From the NCBI GenBank assembly GCA_045616985.1, contig JAZLHU010000051.1, forward strand, positions 5,884 through 69,883: a DNA stretch of 64,000 nucleotides. The letters run 5' to 3'. Positions 25,527-35,096 of this stretch are shown piece after piece. The notes beneath the pieces are model-generated. The model was not told the DNA's origin. It worked only from the letters and a program-made list of their open reading frames with translations, and searched no databases. A program made the position numbers and the translations under genes. Origin of the DNA: Anaerovoracaceae bacterium. GTDB lineage: Bacteria; Bacillota; Clostridia; Peptostreptococcales; Anaerovoracaceae. The stretch's first letter is position 1. Each line of letters opens with the position of its first letter.

Positions 25527-27620
25527 ATGCCAAAAGAATGGTACGAACAATTTAAAGCTATAGTCAATGGCATGTTGGGAGCGGATAAAACTGCGGGCAG
25601 CATACTTGGAGTAGACGGAAGGCCTCTGCTTGATTTTGATACTGTCATAAAAGGAACCAAGCTTACGGAGCTTACCGAGGCACAGGCAGGCATATTATAT
25701 GAGGCGGCAAAAACAGGCGGTCTTATCATTCCTGCCGAGAATAAAGCAAATTCTCAGGTAATTTATAACGATAAAGAGAATAAGCCGCAAATCCTTGCTC
25801 CGAATATGAACATTATTAATGAAGAAAATCCGGACGCGGAGGAAGTTAATAAGTGGCAGCAGCCTTTAAAGGCAGCCGTAGAAAAATTTTCACAGCTTGA
25901 TGATTCTGAAATTGTCAGCGAAGAAAAAATAAGAGACTATTCCATCGCCGCCAAAACAATGACAGACCTCTACGGCGGTCCTGATGCTGAAAAGGTTCTC
26001 GATGCAGAGTGGGTTCTTGATGCAAACGGAAATCCTCTTAAAAAAGGGAATGATGTGTGGGCTTCATACGGGGCAATCGACAGCGCTCTTAAGGGAGAAT
26101 CAGATGTATATTTCCAGGGCATATACAACAAGGAGACGGGCAAGGAGGAAAGCTACAAATTCCATAAGAATCCCGAGACAAATAGGCCTGAAAAAACACT
26201 TCAGGAAGAGCCTATTATGAGAGGCGCCGTTAAGGAAGATGTAATTAAAGAGCTTGAACCGATTGCCAATGCCCTGACACTCCATAAAACAAAGAATCCT
26301 TTCCTTAATAGGATAAAGAACAACATCAATAAGACAATTGAGGATCTGAATGAAATAACGGGTAAGGAAGAATTTAATAAAAAACTGGAGGAGCTTGCTC
26401 ATGATGCCGATTTGTACTTTATGGTAAAGTCCGGCACCAAGCTTTCAAAAACAGGTGCAGATAAGCTTGAAATGGTAAGCAGAATCAAAGAGGTCAGAGA
26501 CGCCTCCCTTAATGACAAACTTCCTTCAGAGATTCCGCTGGATAAGGTAAAATTTATGCAGACTCAGCTTGCCGCAAAATTTGTCAAGGGCTATGCCGTA
26601 TCCATGAGAGATTACAGCAAGGATCCTGTTTTGGCGGAAAAGGCAAGAGATATGCTTCTTGACCATAAGGCCTTTGAAAAGGGAGTAAATGAGATCATGG
26701 CAAACCCTGCCTTCCAATATCTCTACGGAAGCAGAAAAGAAGGAGACATGCTTGATACAATCCATAGAATCAACGAGGGCATGGATCTTAAGGCTTCGCA
26801 GCTTGTAAAGAAAGTCAAGGTGGAAGCAGAGCTTCCGAGCAAGGACAGACCTGCATTTGAGTCTTACATGAAGCAGCAGGCGCCAAGGCGCATTGATGCC
26901 ACCAGGGGTATCAACGGAAGACTTGCTTTAAGCAGACATGCGGAAATTCTGGATGCCCTTGAAGATATGAGAAAGCAGCTTACCGCCGTAGGAAGAAGCG
27001 GCGCCGCATCTGCAGAGCTTCAGAATCTTGAAAAGGAGCTTGCAATTTCAACCATAAGACTTCAGAACGGTAATAACTTTATGAATGTAAAGGCTCAGCT
27101 TGCACAGCTTGGCGATGCCGCCGATGCGTACATGAGCAAGGTCATGAACAGCAAGATGAACGGCAGGCGTTTCCAGCGCTTTAACATTGCAAACCAAATA
27201 AAAGAGGTCTGCGATGCCGTTGCAGAGGACAAGCCTGTTGCCCAAAACGTAAAGCACGGCGACGAGCTTAAAAAGGACAGCCTTGCAGCAAGACTTGCAA
27301 ATCAGGTTGCCAAAGAGCTTCTTAAAAGCGACAGCCCGGCCGCTCAAAAGCGCGGCAAGAGAATGCTCTTAGAGCCGAAGATTTTTGAAGCCGAAAAGGA
27401 AAAGCTTATGGACAGCGAGGCATTCCAGAATCTTTATAACACAAGCGGCGCTATAGAAGATGCAATAGAATCGAAGCCGGAAAGCATCTACAAAGACTTC
27501 CTTGCCGAAAAGAAGAGGACCGAGCCTGAAATAGAAAAGAACGGACCGGACAGAAAGAGGCTCGAAGAAAAAGCGATCGAAAAGGAAAAAGAGGACAAGA
27601 TGATAAGCCTCAGCTTCTGA
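25527..27620 (+). CDS. Hypothetical hydrophilic protein, 697 aa, no signal peptide or TM segment, KE-rich tail
   Basis: A long ORF 5 nt after the kinase stop and 19 nt before the next gene. No recognised domain. Confidence 0.7.
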   Translation: MPKEWYEQFKAIVNGMLGADKTAGSILGVDGRPLLDFDTVIKGTKLTELTEAQAGILYEAAKTGGLIIPAENKANSQVIYNDKENKPQILAPNMNIINEENPDAEEVNKWQQPLKAAVEKFSQLDDSEIVSEEKIRDYSIAAKTMTDLYGGPDAEKVLDAEWVLDANGNPLKKGNDVWASYGAIDSALKGESDVYFQGIYNKETGKEESYKFHKNPETNRPEKTLQEEPIMRGAVKEDVIKELEPIANALTLHKTKNPFLNRIKNNINKTIEDLNEITGKEEFNKKLEELAHDADLYFMVKSGTKLSKTGADKLEMVSRIKEVRDASLNDKLPSEIPLDKVKFMQTQLAAKFVKGYAVSMRDYSKDPVLAEKARDMLLDHKAFEKGVNEIMANPAFQYLYGSRKEGDMLDTIHRINEGMDLKASQLVKKVKVEAELPSKDRPAFESYMKQQAPRRIDATRGINGRLALSRHAEILDALEDMRKQLTAVGRSGAASAELQNLEKELAISTIRLQNGNNFMNVKAQLAQLGDAADAYMSKVMNSKMNGRRFQRFNIANQIKEVCDAVAEDKPVAQNVKHGDELKKDSLAARLANQVAKELLKSDSPAAQKRGKRMLLEPKIFEAEKEKLMDSEAFQNLYNTSGAIEDAIESKPESIYKDFLAEKKRTEPEIEKNGPDRKRLEEKAIEKEKEDKMISLSF

Positions 27621-27639
27621 GATAAAGGGGATGTAAAGA

Positions 27640-28530
27640 ATGGAAGAATTAAGAAACACATTAAGTCCTGTAGTAATAGACCTTATACTTGCAGCCCTGA
27701 TACTGCTTGTTGCCTGCCTTAAGGCAAAGGCCGGAATATTTCACAGCGTTATGTCTGCAGTGGTAGTGATACTCGCTATTGCCATCGGCTTTGTTGCATC
27801 AAAGTATTTGCAGGAGCCTGTAAGCAATTACGCCTGGCAAAAATACGGGCCTATAGTTGAAGAAAAATTTGATGCCGAGGTCGAGGCTTCGATCACGGGA
27901 GAGGAAAGTCTGGCTCAGGTCTTCCGGAGAAACTGGAACAGAATAATCGAATCCTTTGATCTTGAATTTCTGGAAGCTCTTGAAATTCAAGATACAAACC
28001 CTGATTTCAGCACCGATGAAATGATAGCCAAGGTCAAAGTAATTACTCTGACCAAAGCAAAGCTTCTTTGCGACAGGGTTTGCAAGGTAGCTCTGTTTGG
28101 TATCATTACTGCCATCGCCTTGCTTGTGCTTACCATCATTAAAAACATTTTGGATAAGGTTGCAAACTTCTCTGTTGTGGGCTGGGCAAATCACCTGCTG
28201 GGCTTTGTTTTCGGCTTGGTGGAGATGACGGTAATACTTCTTGTTATCATCAGGTTTGTCGGAATGATAAACATCACCTTCTTCCAGGAGCTTTCGGAAG
28301 GGACCGTGCTTCTTAAGTGGTTTATCGGAGGAGACATCAACGCAACGCTTTATTCAATTCAGAATCTTTCCTGGGAAGATGTAAAGAATATGGATCTTAA
28401 GCTGGAGGATTTTACAACAGTAGATTTTAAATCCGTAGGGGAACAGATTAAGAGCATAATGCAAAACATTAATATCCCTAAAGAACTTACACAAACGGTT
28501 AAGGATGTTGCAGGAGAAATAATAAAATAA
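27640..28530 (+). CDS. CvpA-family membrane protein with an extended C-terminus
   Basis: The N-terminal helices resemble CvpA (VIDLILAALILL...). There are four or more TM segments. Confidence 0.55.
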   Translation: MEELRNTLSPVVIDLILAALILLVACLKAKAGIFHSVMSAVVVILAIAIGFVASKYLQEPVSNYAWQKYGPIVEEKFDAEVEASITGEESLAQVFRRNWNRIIESFDLEFLEALEIQDTNPDFSTDEMIAKVKVITLTKAKLLCDRVCKVALFGIITAIALLVLTIIKNILDKVANFSVVGWANHLLGFVFGLVEMTVILLVIIRFVGMINITFFQELSEGTVLLKWFIGGDINATLYSIQNLSWEDVKNMDLKLEDFTTVDFKSVGEQIKSIMQNINIPKELTQTVKDVAGEIIK

Positions 28531-29328
28531 ATGAAAATACTTGCAGTAGACGACGAAGCTCTGGGTCTTAAGGCCCTTACAAATGCCATAACAAAAACGC
28601 TTCCGGATGCGGAGGTGGCAGCTTTTAATTCCTCAAAAGAGGCCCTGGCCTTTGCAAAGAAAAATGACATTTATGCCGCCTGCCTTGATATTCAGATGCC
28701 GGAAATGAGCGGCACCGAGCTTGCAAAAAGGCTTAAGCTTTTGAATCCTGCGATTTATATTATTTTTGCCACGGGCTTTGATGCCTATATGGGCGATGCC
28801 TTTGCTCTTCATGCAAACGGCTATCTTTTAAAGCCCATTACGCCGGCAAAGGTAAAAAAAGAGTTTGACAACATTCAGGCTCTGGCTGCTGCTTATGCAA
28901 AAAATGCGGCTAAGGATAAAAAGCAATTGAGATTTCAGTGCTTCGGAAATTTTGAGGTCTTCTTCGGCAGCGACCCTGTCCGTTTCAAATACGATAAAAC
29001 AAAAGAGGTTCTGGCTTATCTTGTCAGCAGACGCGGCGCCCTGTGCAGCAATGATCAGGTTATATGCGCAGTCTTTGAAGACGATAACGATCACGAATCC
29101 TATCTCCGCGGAATAAGAAAGGATCTTGTAGACAGCTTAAGGGCCGCAGGCGCAGGAGATGTGATTGAAGTTCAGCGCGGCAAGATGGCTGTCTTAACAG
29201 AAAGCGTAAGCTGCGATTACTACGATTTTTTAAACGGCGATGCCGCTGCCATCAACAGCTTTCGGGGCGAGTTTATGTCCCAGTACAGTTGGGGCGAATT
29301 TATCAATGCCGAGCTGATCGGAGAGTAA
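28531..29328 (+). CDS. Response regulator with a REC domain and a SARP/BTAD-type winged-helix DNA-binding domain
   Basis: REC motifs ILAVDDE, CLDIQMPEMSG and LLKP. C-terminal FGNFEVFF...VLAYLVSRRG...IRKDL...DYYDF resembles SARP/EmbR-type regulators. Confidence 0.8.
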   Translation: MKILAVDDEALGLKALTNAITKTLPDAEVAAFNSSKEALAFAKKNDIYAACLDIQMPEMSGTELAKRLKLLNPAIYIIFATGFDAYMGDAFALHANGYLLKPITPAKVKKEFDNIQALAAAYAKNAAKDKKQLRFQCFGNFEVFFGSDPVRFKYDKTKEVLAYLVSRRGALCSNDQVICAVFEDDNDHESYLRGIRKDLVDSLRAAGAGDVIEVQRGKMAVLTESVSCDYYDFLNGDAAAINSFRGEFMSQYSWGEFINAELIGE

Positions 29329-29349
29329 GCAAGGTTTTTCCCGGGTGCT

Positions 29350-30960
29350 ATGTCAATAAGAAAAAAGTTTAAACAGAATATTTCGTACAGAGTAAGCTTT
29401 GTGTGCTTTTGCTGCGTATTTCTTGCACTTATGATACTTTGCAGCGTGATAGGACTTGCCTTTTGGAATTATCAATACGAAGAAGTAAGGGATGATTTAT
29501 CCACATATACCGGTTTAATTGCCAAGCTTATCGATCCGGACAAGACAGCAGCCTATCTTGCCGGAGAGCCGCAGGATGATTATTATTTCCAGATACAGGC
29601 CGGCATTGAGGCGCTTCAAAAAGAAGCGGGATTGGGTTATTTTTACGTGTTCTATCCCTCCGGGGAGGGCATAAGATATATTTGGGATACGGATCCTAAT
29701 TATCCTGTCGATATCGATAACTGCGAGGCGTACGAGGAATACGAGTATAAAAATATAAATGCAGCCTTAAGCAAATATCCTGAAATTACGGCGGATATAT
29801 ACGAATCGGAGTCGAAGGATTACGGAAGGCAGCTTATTTGCTACAGACCTGTATATCGGGATGCTTCCGGGGAGGATCTGATTGCGGTGATAGGGGCAGA
29901 TCTGGATGCCGAAGAAACCTATCGGGCAATGCAAAGCTACGAATATAAGATCATTGCAATAATCTTTTTAACAGCGTGTGTTGTTTCGTGGGTACTTAGA
30001 TTTTTGATCTCCCGTCAATTGGTAAAGCCCTTAAAGGAAATTTCGCTTACGGCAAAACAGCTTTTAAATGATATAGACAGTGATGCTGAAACGGTTTATA
30101 CCTCAAAGTTCAGAAATCACGATGAAATATACGATTTAGGCAATTCGATCAAGGGCCTGCACCACGAGCTTAAGGATTATATCAAAAAATTATCCGCGGC
30201 AACGGCGGAAACGGAAAGGATAGGAGCAGAGCTCAGGATTGCAGGCGAAATTCAGCAGGTTTTCCTGCCGAAGGCTTTTCCGGATAATGCGTACTACGAT
30301 GTATATGCTTTAATGGACCCGGCAAAAGAGATAGGAGGAGATTTTTACGATTTCTTTCCTCTTGACGAAGACCGCATTGCGATCGTGGTTGCCGACGTGT
30401 CCGATAAGGGCGTTCCGGCATCAATCGTTATGTCGATTACCAAAACTCTGATTTACGACCATATAAAAACAGATAAAGACCTCGGCAAGGCTTTGTCTCA
30501 TGTTAATAATTTAGTTTTCCGTCCGGGAGAAAACGGTATGTTCGCAACGGTATTTGCAGGTATATTAAACCTTGAAAGCGGAGAGTTTTCTTATGTAAAT
30601 GCAGGGCACGAGCCTCCGTTTATCAGTAAGGCGGGCGGAGCATTTGAAATGATAAAGCTCTCTCCCCAGATTGCCGTCGGTGTTTTTGAAAACGTTGTGT
30701 ACAAGCCGGAAACCATGCTTTTAGAGCCGGGAGACAGGTTTTTCCAGTATACGGATGGTCTTACGGATGCAACTCCGGATAAGGAAGAAGGCGTTTTCTT
30801 TGGAATGGAGCGTATCAAGACCAGTCTGAATACCCATAAGGATCTTAAAATCAGGGAGCTGCTCGAAGCTGTCAAATCCGATGCGGATGCTTTTCAGGCA
30901 GACGGTCCTCAGTACGACGATATAACAATGCTCTGCCTTGAGTTTAAGAGAAAAAAATAA
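29350..30960 (+). CDS. Membrane-bound PP2C (SpoIIE/RsbU-type) serine phosphatase with a sensor loop and a HAMP-like linker
   Basis: Two TM segments flank a roughly 170-aa loop. Motifs EIQQVFLP, GGDFYDFF, VADVSDKGVPAS, NAGHEPP, YTDGLTDA and DDITML. Confidence 0.85.
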   Translation: MSIRKKFKQNISYRVSFVCFCCVFLALMILCSVIGLAFWNYQYEEVRDDLSTYTGLIAKLIDPDKTAAYLAGEPQDDYYFQIQAGIEALQKEAGLGYFYVFYPSGEGIRYIWDTDPNYPVDIDNCEAYEEYEYKNINAALSKYPEITADIYESESKDYGRQLICYRPVYRDASGEDLIAVIGADLDAEETYRAMQSYEYKIIAIIFLTACVVSWVLRFLISRQLVKPLKEISLTAKQLLNDIDSDAETVYTSKFRNHDEIYDLGNSIKGLHHELKDYIKKLSAATAETERIGAELRIAGEIQQVFLPKAFPDNAYYDVYALMDPAKEIGGDFYDFFPLDEDRIAIVVADVSDKGVPASIVMSITKTLIYDHIKTDKDLGKALSHVNNLVFRPGENGMFATVFAGILNLESGEFSYVNAGHEPPFISKAGGAFEMIKLSPQIAVGVFENVVYKPETMLLEPGDRFFQYTDGLTDATPDKEEGVFFGMERIKTSLNTHKDLKIRELLEAVKSDADAFQADGPQYDDITMLCLEFKRKK

Positions 30961-30988
30961 AAAATCAGCGTTTTATAATCAACAACGC

Positions 30989-31018
30989 TTGTGAAACGCT
31001 CGGTTTTTATAATATAAT
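30989..31018 (+). promoter_or_regulatory. Candidate promoter (TTGTGA-N18-TATAAT) for the T4SS-like operon
   Basis: Hexamers read directly from the sequence. It is preceded by the hairpin agcgtt...aacgct. Confidence 0.35.
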
Positions 31019-31078
31019 CAGTCAAATTATTGATGTTCAGAATTGACAGCAGATTGTTATTTTATGGAGGAAAATATA

Positions 31079-31459
31079 ATGTTAAACGAAAAAAGAATTT
31101 GCAGAAGAACACTTATCTCTATGCTTACTGTAGCTGCAACAACAGCTTTAAGCTTTGCTGCTACCCCATCTGCAGTACAGGCAAACAGCCTTACAGATGT
31201 AGTTAGTCCAATCGTTGCACTTCTTAACGATATGCTCGGACCTCTCCTTTTGGTTGTTGGTGCTGTAGGCGCTCTCTACTGCGTACTCCTCGGAGTTAAG
31301 TATGCAAGAGCAGAAGAACCGCAGGACAGAGAAAAGGCAAAGGCACACCTTAAGGGTGCTATCATCGGTTTTGTACTCATCTTCGTACTTATCGTAGTAC
31401 TCAACCTGCTTCTCCCGTACATGACAAAGTGGGCATCTAACTATCAGACAGGACTTTAA
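31079..31459 (+). CDS. VirB2/TrbC-like pilin-type small membrane protein
   Basis: The start follows GGAGG. There is a signal peptide (..PSAVQA|N), then two hydrophobic helices separated by the charged loop YARAEEPQDREKAKAHLKG. This is the classic T4SS pilin topology. Confidence 0.65.
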   Translation: MLNEKRICRRTLISMLTVAATTALSFAATPSAVQANSLTDVVSPIVALLNDMLGPLLLVVGAVGALYCVLLGVKYARAEEPQDREKAKAHLKGAIIGFVLIFVLIVVLNLLLPYMTKWASNYQTGL

Positions 31460-31484
31460 TTGATTTGACCGGAAGTCATAAAAA

Positions 31485-33077
31485 ATGAGAAAGAAAATCT
31501 CTAAAATTTATCGCAAATACGCAAGGCGGACACTGGCAATGGTGCTCTGCCTTGTTGCCTTGTTCTGCGCTTTTCCGCTTCAGAGCTTTGCAGCCACCGG
31601 TCTTGGATACACCTGGACCAGAGTAAAGTCTGCAGATGATATGAAGAAATACTTTATTCCGGGAAAAACGGATCACGATCCGAATAAACCTTTGGTTGCG
31701 GACGCTTTTGTAAGCAATAGCATGAGTTCCATGACCGGCGATTCCAACGCGGACCACTGGTTCAAGGTTCTTATCGTATACGACGATAAGTATTTTTATT
31801 CCGGAAGCAATACCTGCAGCGGTGGTGAATCCCTTTCTGCAACTCGTATCCTGCCGTCATATCATATGGATGTAACAAAAGACAGCTTTGAAACCTCAAA
31901 AGGCTATATGGCACCATACATAAGATATGCCGGAAAAGATAAGGATAATTCACAGGCAGGAGATCAGATGCAGAAATACGTTTTCAGAGTGTCAAACTCT
32001 GATGATAGTATGGGAAGCAATGTCATTGCATTTAATGCAAGCTGGTACGGAATCAAATATGCTGCTTCTGTTTACGGAGAGTTCAGAATAACCGATGCAT
32101 GGGGTCTAAGCTCAAGCACTCATGGCGCCGCATGCAGCTCAACCCTTCATCCGGATGCAGTATTTAAGTGGGTGGACGGAAGAGTTAATATGTTCTACAA
32201 CCTTAAAGGTGCCGTAGACAGAGACTGGACATACGAAGATCACGATAACGAAATTTCCATAACCAAGTATCCGGGCAACAGTGAATGTCTCTTCAAGATT
32301 TTTATCGGAGCGCCAAAGCCGGTTTCTCAGACTATTGAAGACCTGGTCGTTGCAGCCGGACTTACAACAACCTACACAAGCAACATCTTTGTTTCAGGTG
32401 TTAAGGTAACCGTTCCAAAAAATGCGACCATGGTTCTTGAAGGCTTAACCCAGAACAACGGTCTTATCTATGTTGATGGCGGAACGCTTATTATCCGCGG
32501 CAATGTTGATAATGATTTATCGTATCAGGAAAATGGCAATGCCGACGGAGACCAAGATAGCGATATTGCATATGGCTCCATTGTCGTGGACAATGGAGGC
32601 CTATTGTACATAGAAAATAACGGAACCCTGCTTGAGAGAAGCAGCGGATCGGTACTTAAGCTTCTTAACGGCAGTTCATGCGTAATAGACGGAAGCTGTG
32701 TAGTAAGAAAAAAGATAGTGGTAGACAATTCTTCGCTCAGCGTCAGAGCCGGCGCAGCCCTGCTTTTGGGAGTTGTTCCGGGTAAATTAACCGCAACGGA
32801 AACCTTCGGAAGAGCCTATATACTTGGAAACGGAAAAGAAGAGTATCTGTCAACCCTTGTATCAAAGAGTCAGCACGTTGAGGGTTTAGGAACTGTAATC
32901 CCAAGGCTTGTAGACGATGGCAAATTATTAATAGAGGGTTACGGCTCCTTTGTTTCTGATGGTTTGTTCTTCTGCGGCGCAGATGATCCTGTTCTCTGGA
33001 ACGACAATGCATATTATGATTATATGCAGTCTAAAAATATTGACGCAAAAATCAAAGACATGGTTCGTAAATGGTAA
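31485..33077 (+). CDS. Secreted protein of unknown function, 530 aa; the C-terminal half looks like beta-helix repeats
   Basis: Signal peptide ending QSFAA. Repetitive N/G/V-rich segments (NNGLIYVDGGTLIIRGNVDN, VVDNGGLLYIENNGTLL, VVDNSSLSV). Confidence 0.6.
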   Translation: MRKKISKIYRKYARRTLAMVLCLVALFCAFPLQSFAATGLGYTWTRVKSADDMKKYFIPGKTDHDPNKPLVADAFVSNSMSSMTGDSNADHWFKVLIVYDDKYFYSGSNTCSGGESLSATRILPSYHMDVTKDSFETSKGYMAPYIRYAGKDKDNSQAGDQMQKYVFRVSNSDDSMGSNVIAFNASWYGIKYAASVYGEFRITDAWGLSSSTHGAACSSTLHPDAVFKWVDGRVNMFYNLKGAVDRDWTYEDHDNEISITKYPGNSECLFKIFIGAPKPVSQTIEDLVVAAGLTTTYTSNIFVSGVKVTVPKNATMVLEGLTQNNGLIYVDGGTLIIRGNVDNDLSYQENGNADGDQDSDIAYGSIVVDNGGLLYIENNGTLLERSSGSVLKLLNGSSCVIDGSCVVRKKIVVDNSSLSVRAGAALLLGVVPGKLTATETFGRAYILGNGKEEYLSTLVSKSQHVEGLGTVIPRLVDDGKLLIEGYGSFVSDGLFFCGADDPVLWNDNAYYDYMQSKNIDAKIKDMVRKW

Positions 33078-33092
33078 AAAGATAAAAGCTGT

Positions 33093-35096
33093 ATGAAAGA
33101 TTTTATTGATACTTTAAAGGAAAAAAACATAGGGAAAATATTGCTTACTATCCTCTTGGGCCTGGTTGGCGCATGGGCTTTAGGCTATATTCTTCTGATG
33201 TTTGTAAGCAATGTCGGCAATATGATAGGCGGCGCACCAATAGACCCGAAGCTTGAACTCCTGTTCAATCCCTTGAGTTTATTGGTAGGCGCTGTGGTCG
33301 GCGGTATTGTATGGTTTTGCTTTTTCGGAAAAGACCTGCTTAAGGGCGGAAGGAATCTGTTTTCCGGCAGCAAGAATTCCGATCTTACGGATTCTGTGTT
33401 GGAAAACAGCCGCTTTATGACAGATAAGGAAAGGGATTCTAATTTTACTACCTTCCTTTACGATGACATAGAAAAGCAAAAGGTGGACGGCGTTCCCGTA
33501 AGAGCCATCCTGAATAAAAAGGGCAAGCTCGAAGTCAGCGTTATGAAGGGCGCACATGCTCTGGTCATCGGTTCCACGGGCTCCGGTAAAACAACCACCT
33601 TCATCAATCCTATGATACAGCTTCTCGCCGCATCGTCTTGCGGATCCTCAATGATTATGACAGATCCTAAGGGCGAGCTTTTTGATCTTCATTCGGGCTT
33701 TCTTAAGGAAAGAGGATATGATGTACTTCTTCTTAATTTAAGAGACACCTACGAATCTTCACGCTGGAATCCGCTCGACGGAATCTGGGATATGTATCAG
33801 GAATATCTGGCCATGAGCAAGGGGATTAAACTCCATAAGGATGCCATGGCAGATTATCCGGACCTTAAAAAAATCGATGGAGATGCAGAAGATGGTGCAA
33901 TGTGGGCAGAGTATAACGGAAAGGCTTATGCAGACCTGAGGCATTGCCAGGACGATGTATCCGTTGCAAAACAAAAAATTTACGATGAAATGTACGAGGA
34001 CCTTAACGACCTCGTTTCCGGTATTTGCCCTATTACAAATGATAAGGATCCTTTGTGGGAAAAGGGTGCAAGGTCCATCGTTCTTGCAACCTGCCTTGCC
34101 ATGCTTGAAGACTCAGAAAATCCGGAGCTTGGCATGACAAAAGAAAAATTCAATTTCTTTAATGTTACAAAGATTCTTACCAACAGCACGGACGGATATA
34201 AAGAGCTTAAGGATTACTTTGAGGGAAGAAGCAGTCTTTCCGCAGCCTATACCCTTTCAAGACAGGTGCTTGCCGCTGCAGAACAGACCATGTCTTCCTA
34301 TATGTCTATTACCTTTGATAAACTTAATATCTTCAATGACCGTGGTATCTGCGGACTTACTTCTGCAACAGACATTCATGCAGATCAGTTTGCATCAAGG
34401 CCCACGGCTTTGTTTATTAAAATTCCTGATGAAAAGGATACTCGTCACGGACTTGCATCCTTGTTTATCTTAAGTATTTACAAAGCCCTGATTAAGGTTG
34501 CTTCTGCAAGAGAGGACTTAAGTCTTCCGAGAAACGTATACTTTATCATGGACGAATTCGGTAATATGCCGAAGATAGAAAAATTCGATAAGATGATTAC
34601 CGTAGGCCGCAGCCGTAAGATCTGGTTCAGCATGGTTGTACAATCCTACAGCCAGTTAAACAATGTGTATGGCGAAACCTGCGGAGATATAGTTAAGTCT
34701 AACTGCGCAATGAAGATGTTTATCGGTTCCAACGATATCGGAACCTGCAAGGAATTCTCGGAATTGTGCGGTAACAAGACAGTAAAAACCACATCAACTT
34801 CCTCCAATATAGGAAGCAAAGAGGGCGATATAAGTGTTTCTGCCCAGATGCAGACCAGACCTCTTATTTACCCTTCGGAGCTTCAGAAGCTCAACAATAA
34901 GGTTTCAACAGGAAATGCCATTATAGTTACCTTTGGTAATTATCCTCTTAAGACCAAGTATACTCCTTCGTACAAGTGTCCGTTCTACAAGCTTGGCAAA
35001 ATGGATATGGACGAAATGAGATCAAATGTATTCAGAGCAGACGAAGTATTCTACGATGTTGCTGAAAGAAACAAAATGATTCTTGGTGAACGATGA
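33093..35096 (+). CDS. Type IV coupling protein (VirD4/TraG family ATPase)
   Basis: Two N-terminal TM segments, Walker A VIGSTGSGKTT, Walker B-like YFIMDEFGNM (compare the VirD4 LDEF motif), and a length of 667 aa. Confidence 0.8.
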   Translation: MKDFIDTLKEKNIGKILLTILLGLVGAWALGYILLMFVSNVGNMIGGAPIDPKLELLFNPLSLLVGAVVGGIVWFCFFGKDLLKGGRNLFSGSKNSDLTDSVLENSRFMTDKERDSNFTTFLYDDIEKQKVDGVPVRAILNKKGKLEVSVMKGAHALVIGSTGSGKTTTFINPMIQLLAASSCGSSMIMTDPKGELFDLHSGFLKERGYDVLLLNLRDTYESSRWNPLDGIWDMYQEYLAMSKGIKLHKDAMADYPDLKKIDGDAEDGAMWAEYNGKAYADLRHCQDDVSVAKQKIYDEMYEDLNDLVSGICPITNDKDPLWEKGARSIVLATCLAMLEDSENPELGMTKEKFNFFNVTKILTNSTDGYKELKDYFEGRSSLSAAYTLSRQVLAAAEQTMSSYMSITFDKLNIFNDRGICGLTSATDIHADQFASRPTALFIKIPDEKDTRHGLASLFILSIYKALIKVASAREDLSLPRNVYFIMDEFGNMPKIEKFDKMITVGRSRKIWFSMVVQSYSQLNNVYGETCGDIVKSNCAMKMFIGSNDIGTCKEFSELCGNKTVKTTSTSSNIGSKEGDISVSAQMQTRPLIYPSELQKLNNKVSTGNAIIVTFGNYPLKTKYTPSYKCPFYKLGKMDMDEMRSNVFRADEVFYDVAERNKMILGER

